From: Lama glama
Taxonomy: Eukaryota
Direction of reading: 5' to 3'
Length of the DNA: 64,000 bases
Assembly (NCBI GenBank): GCA_028534125.1
Contig: CM052816.1
Span: 53,322,001 to 53,386,000 of the forward strand
This document shows, one piece after another, positions 48,114 to 59,700 of the stretch. The translations under genes were made by a program, and so were the position numbers. Each line of letters starts with the position of its first letter. The first letter of the stretch is position 1. Below the pieces are notes generated by a model that was not told where the DNA came from, did no database searches, and saw only the letters and a program-made list of their open reading frames with translations.

Positions 48114-50956
48114 GCAGATATATATTTTGTTTTAGAAAATGTAAGATAACCTTCACTTGCTGAGAATGTAAACTAGTTTTGTGTGCATCCACAAAATACT
48201 GAACATAGTTAAAGAGCTGTGTTATCTGTATGTTTTCGTAGTTTAACTGTAATACCTTCAACTAGGTCAAGAAAAACACCCAACTCTGACTTTGCGACTT
48301 GGCAGAGAAGAAAGGAGAACTTCAGTGTTTTTTGACTTTTCCTCCGATGGATTCATTCTGATTTTGATTTAATACATTTATTGATTAAATGGTATTACAG
48401 ACACTATTTAATATATTTCCATCAAAATTAACTGGGCTGCTGTTGGAAGGAAAACTGATAGCCGTGTACAGACTGGAACAATGTAGGCTAAAATTCTAAC
48501 TGGTTATTTTGGACTCGTGGTGATACAGGTGACTATATTCTTTATTTCTCTGTTTTCCAGATTTTTGAGTAGCATGTTACTTTAAAAACCAGAACAAAAC
48601 AGTTGTTGGTGTTTTTTGTTTTTGTTTTTTACAAAACCGTATCAGCAGTTTTGGCCACAGCAGTGCATACCTCCTTGCATCTGTGGTACATTGTAAAGCT
48701 GGTCTCAGTCTTTAAAAAGACTTGCAGTTCCTACTTGTTGTAAATATCGTCATGGAGGAATGCAACCAGGACTGGGTGCTGTGACCCCGAGCTAGGGTGG
48801 GCGGCTTCCTCCTACAGCAGGGAAGAACCCACTCCTTCCCATGGGTGTGCTTTGTGTGTTTTCATGAACATTGTAAGTGTGATTTGAGGGGTGTTTCACT
48901 TCTGTATCTAAATGTGTAAATGTCTGTCTGATTGATATGTACTGAATTAAATATGTGCTACGCTGACATGGTAAGATTTTTTTCCCCTTTGTTATAAATT
49001 GTTTCAGTGTTCAGTAGAACCTGAACCGGCAGTGAGATCTTAAATATCCCTTTAGCAGCAACCTCCCCACACGCCCGGAAAATTAGAGGGGCTCTTTCCT
49101 CTCCTGATTCTATTGTTCAGCATTCTCTTTCTTTCCACACTGAGCTGTGTTGTCAGGGGCACCTGGAGTTCAAGCTTCCTTTCTCCTGGGGCAGGCTACA
49201 GTTGGGCTGGATTTCACATGGTTGTTTTCCAGTTTTGAGGCAATTTGCCAGTTGTTTAAAGACACCTATAACTGCATAGACAGCAGCCTCATTTGATCTT
49301 CAGATACGCTTATTACTGACACACTTATTACTCAGGACAAGTTAACCTCTTAAAAATTTGTAATTTTTTTCTCTTACCCATAGGGATCAAATTTTCTGAA
49401 ATTAAAAATAATAGGCTGGCCAGTCTGGCAACTACAGACTTGTCAGTATGTGGTCTTTTTGTGTTTATAACTGGCTACCATTTGTATATGAAATATAAAC
49501 TTAAGAAAAACATGGCTCACAACTTGAAAAATAATCTAAAATCGTATCTGTTTTTTTTAATGGCTTTCTGTCCATTTCTAGAGGATGCGTCTACATAGGG
49601 AAGTATGTCTGAACAGGTTTGCTTGTTCTTATAGTAGCCCTTTGAGGGTTTTCTGTAGTGGAAGCTCGTAATTTACAGACCCTAATTACTGATTCCGCAC
49701 AGTTTCGTGCTGTAATACATAGCGTAGTGTGTCAGCTCACACAGGTGACCGTAGGGCTTTTGGATTGAATCCTTTTGGTAAGGATTGCTTAAGGTGTCTT
49801 TTTTTTAATGTGATTTTTTTTCCAGTTTGCGCTTGTATCTGTAATTCTTTTCTTGATTAATAAAGAAAGGGCAGCGTCAGAGGGAGCTAAGCTGATGTGG
49901 GGAACGTTTAAGCTATAATCCAAAGCCAAAAAAGAGCTGTAGCCAGGAACAGAGGTCACACTGAATAGTAAGAACCCACGTGGCGGTGGTGATGAAGAGG
50001 TGGGACAGGCTATGTACACACCTGTGTGGACAGGTGGCTGGGGGACTGTTTAGGATAGTCTGATCAGATCCACTATGGAGGGACCATTGCTCCCCTTGGT
50101 CTGGAAACTAGATTTCGTGGACCCTCAGTATGTTAGCTTTCTTAGCAACTAGGTTAGTCAACATAACTTGCATGTTTTTTTAAAACAAAGTGTCAACATT
50201 TTAAAACAACTGCCATCAGGTTAGATTTCCTCTAGCTTTTATTTGTGCATTTGACATTTAAAGTCTTGACCATAGGCCTTCCCATTTCTTTTTGTACCAT
50301 TTCGGCATTCTCATTCTGGTGTGTGCTGTTGAGCCTGTTGGGATAATGTTGCGTTCTCACGCGGTCACCTGTCACGTCAGCCGTCCCTCTGAGCTGCGTG
50401 CTGTTCCTCGATACATTCCGCTCATCAGTCATTCACGTTCTTTGAGCTGTTTACTGGCGCTGCTCTATTCAGCCTCCCCTCGTCACTCTCCTCTTAGTAA
50501 CCACGGGTGCGTCAGCCTTTGTAGGCGGCCAGAGGGCAGAGCGTTGGAGTCTGTGCCAAGTTACAGAGGAAGCTAATCATACTTGTGACCTCGACCTCAT
50601 TAACGTTGTGCTGGAACCGAGAGCGCCAGCATTCCATAGTATTGTTTGACTTTGGATTGTCTCTACTGATTTATGGTCACAGAGTCCATATTCCTGCCTC
50701 CTAAGGGAGCCAGATGAGAAGGCAAGAGACGATCAATCACTACTTACCACCTCCTTTTAACTCCCTGAGCTTGAGCTGTGGATTGTCCGCTGTCCCTGGG
50801 CCCTGCTGACAGTGATGCGGCTCTGAGACAAAGCGGGACTGACAGGACTCGTGTGAGGATTGTGAGGGAAGTAGGCCTCCTGGAGTCCAGAGCAGAAGGG
50901 GGTGGGCTGATGAGCTGGTGTCCTACAGGCGGGGGGCATTCTCTCCATGCTTTAAA

Positions 50957-51118
50957 GCAGGGCTTCTCAAACTTGAATGTACATAGGAATGATCTGGAAT
51001 CTTGCTGAATCACAGACTGTGATTATGCAGGCCTGGGTGGGGCCTGGGAGTCTGCATTTCTGACAGGTTCCCTGTGTCGTTGGTGCTGCTGGTTCTGTGG
51101 AGCGCGTTTTGAGCAGCA
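50957..51118. mobile_element. MER5A
   Basis: gcagggcttctcaaactt...aggcctgggtggggcctgggagtctgcatttctgacaggttcc...gctgctggttc...tttgagcagc. Confidence 0.8.
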
Positions 51119-52760
51119 TGGCCTCACGTAAAGCCGGGCCATGACTAATATCACGGAATAGCTGGCTGGCGGCAGAGGCCTGTGAAGGCTGACAGTGGGG
51201 GCGCAGCTGTGGGGTCTGACTTGGAATTGGTGGCCTGCTGCTTGGGACTGGTCTTGATCGGGATGCCAGTGAGGGCTCGCAGCCCTGCCACTTCCACCTG
51301 GGCCTCTGACAGCCGCACGGAGCAGCTGTGCGGGGACCCCCTGCAGGCCTTGGGGCAGGGCGGAAGGTGATGGGTGGTCTTCCAGGTGGAACATGGTTAG
51401 GCTAAACAGAGAGCTTTTGTTTTTGCTACATTTTAATTGAATCTATTTCCCTGTTACATAATGATTATACTCCGTATTTTTAACTGGATAAAAGAAGGCT
51501 CTGACTTCCTCCAATTAAGCCTGCCTTTTCTCACATACCCTGTCACTTTGAAGTTGTGTGATTACAACATTTTAAAAAAGTTACCTATTGTTTCATTTGG
51601 AACGTTATTTCTGAAACTTGCCTGATAATCTGCTGGGTGCTGACTAGACCTGTTTATTCTCAGACTTTGCCCTCGAGTTTTGACTTCATAGGTTTGGCCT
51701 AGATCCTGGCAATCTGAATTTTTTTTAAAGCAAAGTGTCCCGATGGTTTTATATTTGTGCAGTTTCTAGAAACACCAGGTTAGAGAAACATCGATTTAGA
51801 AATGCATGTATCTGAGCCTGTGATACTGGCCAGGTCAGAGGGGCACCCTCACCTGTTGTTTTCTTGGTCTCTTGGATACTTGGTTGTGAAGGGCTGGCTT
51901 CTGTCCCTTTGGACCCACTTCAGTTTATCTTGACACATGCTTTCATTCTTCCAGTGAGGCTCTTTCTTATCTTGGAGGGGACCAAATCAGAGAGACCTTT
52001 GTCAAGAGTGTAAGAATCAATTCTGAAGCCCTTATTTTTAGGAAGCTCTTACAGACACTGACTGTTAAGTGCTTTGGGGCATTCTTAGAGATCCTGAGCT
52101 ATAAGCTTTGGGCCTCGGCAGAGAAAGGACCATCTTAAGGCTGACTTTTCCCACACTCTCCCCTCCTTGGGTTCAGACACTGGAGACAGTGTTAGTGCAT
52201 CCCCTTCCTAAGGAAGCACAGACCAGAAATGGCTGGAGAAGGGCCCCTCATCCTCTACAGACTCTGGTTCTCATCTGGGTGAATTGACAGATTGAGGACT
52301 TGGACTTTGCACATCACTGTATCAGCGTCAACCTCCATTTCTGCACATGCAGGCTCCATCTCAGCTCCACCCTAGGGGCAGGGGCGGCTTATGAAACAGC
52401 TGAAGTGGGAAGCAGTCGGTGTGATGGGAGTGGAGTGTGGAAAGGGTTCTGGGCCCAAAAGCTGTTGTGCCTAAAATTTTATCATTAGAGGAGCATGGAT
52501 GAAATGTTTCTCTTTAAACCTCATGTAAGCATTCATAGAATAGATAATAACATTAGTTATTTAGGCCTTGACAGGGATAATTTCAGGATCAGGGTGTGAA
52601 GAGAGTGGACTTTGATGGGGTGACACGTAGGTGGGGTGAGGAGGCGGGGCTGGGGGTGGGGCTGTGAAGGAGACCAGAGGCCCCAGGCCCTAGGGCAGCT
52701 CTGGTGTCCAGAGGAGCCCGGGATGCCCAGGAGGGCACTAGGAAGAACAGGCACTTAATT

Positions 52761-52792
52761 TGTGTGTGTGTGTGTGGTGTGGTGTGGTGTGT
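52761..52792. repeat. (TG)n/(GTGTG)n simple repeat
   Basis: Read directly from the sequence. Confidence 0.8.
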
Positions 52793-54957
52793 AATAGGGG
52801 CTTCACTGTCTTGGACGACGCATCTGGCATACCTCTGTCTCATGTGGCCACTTCACATATGCCTGAGCAGCTGTAATGAAAAGCCAGGTGGTCTAGATAC
52901 GAAAATTAAGATTTTTAAACGCCATGATTATACTTGGGATTATTTTGCTCTTTTTTTAGTCTATTCAGTTTTGAGAGAGAAGCCCAGGAAACGATCCAGC
53001 TTCTGTACCTGCTTAACAGGAGAACCTGGGCAGCAGCAGCCAGCGTCCCTTCTCCACTGAGGGGCTTTTCTCATCAGTTTTGAGGAGGGTTTGACTCTTC
53101 TGAGACCCCCCCACCCCTATGCCACCTAGAAAGTGCTTTAGTGCGTGCTTTCTTTCTTATACATGCAAAAAATATTTACATTTTTGGGATTTCTTGGCTC
53201 CTGGCTGCCTAAAAGGGACTCTGAACTCGACCATTCTGGTGCCAAGTCAGAGCTTGTCTGAGTGATCTAGCACGTTTTCAGAACAGTGTGGAGGTGGAAG
53301 GTGGGGAGAGCCTTTTTGCCACCGCTGCCTGCTTTTCCTGGACCAGCCAGGAGGTTACACACAAGTACGTCCCAGGGACCAGGACGCTGAGAACTTCTAG
53401 GAAGACTGACCCACTCCCCGACCCACAGCCGTGTTCTGGCCCTGCTCCCCCCCCCCGCCCCAGAGTCCCTGCTCTTCCTTAGATTGGGCTTAGTGCCCCA
53501 AATTCTAAAATTCACAAGATGTTCCTCCGGGCTCTTGGGCAGGGTCTTGAAACACACAAAAATTGAGGACATTTTACTTGTGTTCTTATCACAAGTAAAA
53601 TGCCTTTACCTGCACAGGGTAATGGTATACAGGTACCCAGGAAATAAGGGGAAATGGCCCAGGAATGCCAGAAAACAATGAGAACCATCTATACACTCTC
53701 CCCTGGGGTGACCATTTGCTTGTTCAGTGTCCTCGGGCAAGTCATTTCCTCTGTTTGGGCTGGAGAAGGTGAGGGGATGAACCCAGGCCTGAAATTCTTA
53801 CTCTAGGTGAGTCTGTATGTCCCCGTGTTTAGTCATTTATTTAACGTGCACTTACGCTCCTCAGTGAGCTTACTGTCTGGCGGGGAGATGACAGAACAGC
53901 CATTATCTTCAGTGGGGCTGTCAGTTGTGGTGGGCTGCGTGAATAGGCCATGTGGGACAGGTGAAAGGCCCTTACAGGTGTGGCACCACCTGCACAGGGG
54001 CAGGTGAGGAGGCTGGAGAGATGGGGTGTGCAGACATGGGGTGCGGTACCCGGACAGCAGTGGGGATTTCTGCAGCATTGCTTGTGTGCTGGGAGTATGG
54101 GGTCTTCCCTGCCCTTGGACCACATGTAGTCCTTTGACCTGTTACGAGGTCCTGCAGCTCAGCCATCCTCGCGGAGAACTGAGTGTGGTTGGGCCGTGCA
54201 GTGTATCACCATGATCTGGGTTGATCTGAACACTGTTTTTATGTTTTGTACCCCATTTTTGGCCTTTTATAAAGAAAAGCAAGTGCTATAGAAACACAAA
54301 CAACAATGTGAGAATCTGCTTGCTCTTTATAGAAACATGCTTTTTGGAGGGGAGGGGTAATTTTTTCTTTCTTATAGAGAGAAAATAGATATTCAAACAG
54401 AAAGGCAACTGAACTGATCCCTTCTCAACCCTGAACTACTTTATGGCTCCCAGGCCTGGGATCTCTGTAACCACAGAGTTTGTTCCACACTCCAGAAAGA
54501 AACCTGACCCTTCGATGAAACCACGGAACCTTCTGGATGGCCTGTTTCTTTTACGGGGTGGTCAGATTCTGTGTCTAGCTGGGAGGAGAAATGTCGTCTG
54601 AAAGAGGAGGCGTGCATCCACGTTCCTAGCTGGAGTTTCCTTTGCCTCTCCTGAAACAAACTGGGGCTGCAGAAGAGGGTGGGGCGTTTCTTAGGGAAGT
54701 GGGCCACCTCCCCTGCAGCACCACGTTCCCACCCCAGAGGTGGGCCTGTGTACTCTTCCCTGTGGTCCACGCGGCTAGGAATAGTTCCAAGCATCTATAA
54801 GACCAGCATGTGCATTTCCTTTTAAGCAGAAATGGACATCACAGGCCCTGTAGAGTGTGAGGCCTTGAGCATGGAGGCGCTGTAGGGTATCAGGCCTGGC
54901 CAGCTCTGTACTCTGCACCCTGCTCCCCGTCCCCCAGTACTGGCACTGCTCCCATTT

Positions 54958-55137
54958 AGTGCTTCCTGCCTTTAGGAAGCATCAGAATCACCCAGAGGCT
55001 TGTTAAATTACACACCAGCTGGGCCCCACTCCCGGAGATTCTGAGTCACTGGGTCTGGGATGGGCCAAGAATTTGCATTTCCAGCCCGTTCCCAGGTGCT
55101 GCCGCTGCTGGTCTGGGGAGCACGTGTGGGAACCCCT
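54958..55137. mobile_element. MER5A
   Basis: gcatcagaatcacccagaggcttgttaaa...gctgggccccactcccggagattctga...ggtctgggatgggccaagaatttgcatttc...cccaggtgctgccgctgctggtc. Confidence 0.85.
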
Positions 55138-55559
55138 GTGACATCAGGCCCTTCTCCACCTTCTGGAGGGGCTGTTGGGACAGGCAGACTCCACTTCTGA
55201 TGGGGTGCCTGCCTGGCGGAATCATCTAGTGCTGGAGGGCCCCTGGTTCGGAAGCCGTGGTTCACTAGAGGGAACCCTCGCTCCGTCCTCTTACCCTGCG
55301 GCCTCCTGGGCCTCTCCACGACAGACCAGGGATGTGGCATTCGGGGTCGCTGAGTGGGGCCTTTGTTGCCTCCTTCCAGTCCCTTCTCTCTGTTGCAGAA
55401 AGCTTTCTGAACCCTGCTGCTCTCCTACAGGAGACCATGGGCTTGCCATTGGCCTTAAGAAAAAATCCAAACTCTCCTCAAATGACTTGCCAGTCTCCCT
55501 CTCAGCCTCGGAAATGCGCCTTTTGCTTGTGAACTCTCTGTGTTCTTCTTGCTTCCTGG

Positions 55560-55880
55560 GCACCCATTTTGCTGTTCCCTCCGCCTGGTGTGCTGTTGGT
55601 TTGCCACCTTAGTCTGGCCAGCTCCTGCTGTCAGACCTCAGCGTAGCCGTTACCTGCTCTGGGAGAGCTCCCTTTGACCTCTGAGCTGGTACCTCTGCAG
55701 AGGCCCTTGTCCCCTTGTTATTTCCTCACTTCAGCTTCTTTCAGCTGCATCAAGGTCATGATTGCCACCTGTTTACTCCTCTGTGGACTGTCAGCTCCCT
55801 GAGGGCGGGGAATGCATGACATGGTCACTCACACGACTCCAGGCTTGGCGTGGTGCCTGGCGTGAGGAAGGCCTTCTCGG
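55560..55880 (+). mobile_element. L2 fragment
   Basis: tgctgttccctccgcctgg...ggactgtcagctccctgagggcgggga...gtggtgcctggc. Confidence 0.65.
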
Positions 55881-56142
55881 TCATTCTATGAGGTCAATAC
55901 TGCCGGGGAGGAAACCAAGACACAGGTTAAGTGTCTGGCTTACCGTTACCCTGCCACTGGGTTAAAACATCAGGATTCTCACCCAGGTCTCTTTGCTCCA
56001 ACCCCCTGGCCAAGTGACGCTGGCCAGGTTTTCTGCTCCGAGACCAAGGAGTCTTAGGCATGGTCTGTGGGTCTCTCCTGGGGCCATTAAAGGACTGCCT
56101 CTTCCGTATTAACACAAATGGCCCTTTCCTGTTGTTTTTCAG

Positions 56143-56221
56143 GTAAACCGGGAAGCAGACTCTTGAGTTCACAGCTGGCCTGTGACTTTCGCATCCCATC
56201 AAGGAGCTCCTCCTCACCCAG
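56143..56221 (+). other. Candidate 79-nt non-coding internal (5'UTR) exon
   Basis: Branch-like TATTAAC at 56107-56113, pyrimidine tract, acceptor CAG| at 56142, donor CAG|GTAAGG at 56221/56222. No ATG inside. Confidence 0.55.
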
Positions 56222-56659
56222 GTAAGGGGTTGCTTCCTGCACCTGCTCCTGCTCAGGCTGGTTGTGAGAAAACCCTAGCCATGTGATGCTCTCTGGTAAC
56301 CACCCCCAAGATCTCATGCATTACAAAGAAAATCCTTAAGTGTAGGGCTGCCCCTCCTCTAAGAAAAGTGTAAAGTGGTCACCTTCCCCACTGAGTTACT
56401 GGTGAAGATGTTTATTTACCTGCCTGGCCTTCTCCTGGGCGTTGCTGGCCCTCTCAGCACCCAGCACTCTTTCCTTTGTGCTGGGTACCCTTCTCCCCAT
56501 CTGAGTTGGTGCTTTAGAATTCCTGTTCCTCGTTTAAGGCTCAGCCCACATTGCGCTTGTTATTTACAGACTGTCTGAAGGAGAGGGTGTTCGGAGTGTA
56601 GCCTTTTCCCAGCTTTCCAGCAGAACGGCTCGCTGAGACTCTGCTTGCTCAGTACACTG

Positions 56660-56790
56660 CACGTGCCCGCCATGAGCTTTACTTGCTTGTTTGTACACGT
56701 CTTCACCCCTAGTCTGTGAGTTCTTTTTGCATCCCCCACCTTGCATGGTTCCTGGCATGGAACAGACTTTCAATAAATGAATGCATGTTC
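56660..56790 (+). mobile_element. L2 3' end
   Basis: ctagtctgtgagttc...gcatggttcctggcatggaacagactttcaataaatgaatgcatg. Confidence 0.6.
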
Positions 56791-59700
56791 GTCCGAGAAA
56801 AAAAAAATACCCTAGTGAACTAAACTGAGGCACAACCACAAAAAAAAAGATAATGTATTCCTAAGCCAGTAAACTGATGTGTAGAGGGCCTTTGAAAATT
56901 AATTACATGGCTGTTTGCTCACATTACCATGCGCAATTGAGAATTTACCATTAGCATTATACGTCAAGTCGGCAGGGGTTTAGGTTCTTACCCCTATTGA
57001 AAAGGATAAGAAGTCAGGAGTTTTTGTGGCATTGTCAGTGATGTGCTAACTGGCAGCCTGCGGCCCTTGGCTGCCCAGGGGAGACACGAGCCCCTGGGAG
57101 CCCTGGGGAGCCCTAGGATTGAATGTGTAACCAACTATCCAGGCGGTAAGGGAGCAAACAATAGACTTGACCAATTTACAACCCAGAGGAAATAAAAATT
57201 TTTCTAAATGGCTTGAGGATATGTTTTAAAACACAGTTTAGGTTTAAATAATTTTAATAAAAAGCTTTTAAATGGTGCATTCCATTTTCCATGTAGCCTT
57301 AGTACACTGGCATCTCTGAGAGATGCTTAAAGTGGTTTTGCTCTAACCCATGGGTTGGGAGTAGCAAACCCCAGGGCAGAGGTTCATCTGAATATCAGAG
57401 CCAGAGTGGGGCCTGGGTCCTTTCAGGAACTGGCTGGCGGCTGAGTTCACAGAAGCCACAGTGGAGGCAGGGTGGTGGGAGGTGATCCTTCAATCTGACC
57501 AGAGACGTTCTTACCCAGGGAATGCCGGCCTGAGCATCTGTTCTGCCTTCTCATCCTGCCTCTGCAGTAACAGTACGCATTGGGCAGCCTTTCCAGCTGC
57601 TTTGTTTGGGTGTGTGCAGCCCTAAAGCAAAGAGAAAGTTGTCCTCTGGTTTCTGTGTGTGCATTCCACAACCTAGTAGAGGTACCTGCCAACAAGTCCC
57701 ACATGAAAGCAGTCCTGTCACCATGGCTTCTCTGGCCTGGTACTGAGCCCCAGCCTGGTAGTGAACGGCAAAGCAGTGAAGAAGTTTGACTCTCACCTGA
57801 CCCCTTTCATCTTGAAGTTTCCTAGGGCTTGGGAAGGGGGAGGGTTTCAGCTTAGCTCAGGAATTTCCAGTGTCCATGGAATCCAGTTTGTCTATCATAC
57901 TTGAAAAATAAACTAAGAAAGTAAATTGCAGTTTAAAAGCCCAGATGTTAAAATATGAGTGGGTTTTAGCTTTTGAGTTGCTTTTGGAATTTGGGATATT
58001 ACCGCCTGTTTTGTGTTGCACCCGCCAGCAAAAGCTGAGTGCAAGGTGGTGAGCATGTCTGGTCTTCATGCTGCCAAACACATGGGGGGCGCTTACCACT
58101 TAATAATAATTAGCGACTCATTGAGCTTCTCGGGGACCGTTGATTCTTAGGGTGTCACCTTTTTTTCCCATATAGTTCTAATCTGGTTAGAAAAAAAATG
58201 AGGCCGGTCAAGTCACCAAGGTCCTGAGCTGGTCCCCTCTACACAGGGGCTCTCACACATCCTTGTGCACCTGGGCACACTTCACAAGCTCTCTGGTTGA
58301 ATCTTGAGAACCCCACACTATCTTAATCAGAAAGTCCAGGAAGTGATACAGTTCCTGAGTTTCCTTAGTGCTTCTGAACTTTGTTTGGATCTTCTGATGC
58401 GGTCTTCTTTCTTTCAATTAAATGTTTACTGTTTCTAAAAAAACAGTTTTACTGGGGACTGCTAGTGCCTCAGCAGTAGAATTTGTGTATCAGGATGCGT
58501 GTGTGTGTGTATTTGTGTTTGATGTAGCTGTTTTGAAGCCTCAGCCTTCATCCAAAGACACTGTCCAGCATGGGTGCCTTGTATCCAGGGTAGACACTTG
58601 GGAGCAGTCAGAGCAAAGGCAACTAGCGGACATGGCAACTGGTGTGCTGGTCTCGGTCTCCAGTGTTATTAGCACGCTGGTCTCCAACCAGAGATTTGTT
58701 GCTGAAATGCATGGGAACCCAGACTTGCAGCTCGTGGCAGATACACACACACAATGGCACATCCTCCCTCAGGTGTCATTGGTTCTTCCAGGTGAAGCCA
58801 TTATCTTCAACTTCAGGTGAGCCTTTATCTTAACATCTTTTTCTCAAAGAAGCAGCAAAATCTCCAAAATTGATTTTCACGTTTCATTGTAAAGCTGCAC
58901 CCAGGTATTGACATCTCTCAGGAAGAGTTTGCTTTCTTCTGTTTCCAGAGCACAATCATTGCATAATTTGGGAACCACCTTTTACTTTGGTCAGGTCATT
59001 TGTCAGCTGTGATTTGTTGGCTGGTTTGTCTTATCCATTGTAGGAGTTTATCCACTATAGGAGCTTCACGGATGTGGAAGAAAACTTAAAAGTACTTGTT
59101 TCTAGGAAAAGTTGGTTTTAAATGGAGTATCTTAAGACTTTGGCTTTACAGAAAGACTGAAGGCGTTGTTTTGATCACTCTCATGTCCTCTTTCAATTAT
59201 GAAATGACTGCTTTCTATTAGTCTTTACAATTATGAATCTGAGTTGGAAAGAGACCTTTGGATAACTAGTTAATAAAAGTATTAATCCATAGTTAATGAA
59301 AGTAACTTTTCCAAATAGGGAAAAGAGAGTGGGAAAATTTCCTCTTCCATGTCTTAACTAGAAGTAAATACCCTGCACTTTACACGATGCCTTTTCTCTG
59401 CAGAGTATTTCTTAGATGGAGCGGTTTCTGAGACTTTGGGAATTCTGTTCTCAGCTTCCTCCTTCAGAGCTAGAGGAAGCCTTGCTCTGCTCCCTGTAGA
59501 CCGATGCCATTGATACTCATCTTTCCTCTCCTTCATTTCCTGATGGGCAAGCCCTGGTGCTCACCTCGCCGGCATTTTATCTGCCTGCCTGGGGTTGCTG
59601 CAGAGAAGTGCTGCTACCCTTAGTGGCTACACTCTGAAAAAAAAAAATAAATAAAAAAATAAAAAAACTGCCAACGCTCCATCACAGCCCAGCAGGCTGA

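Noticed and set aside
57088..57117. GAGCCC(C)TGG(G) x3 short tandem repeat
   Set aside because: It is only three imperfect 10-11 bp units with no spacers, which is ordinary slippage.
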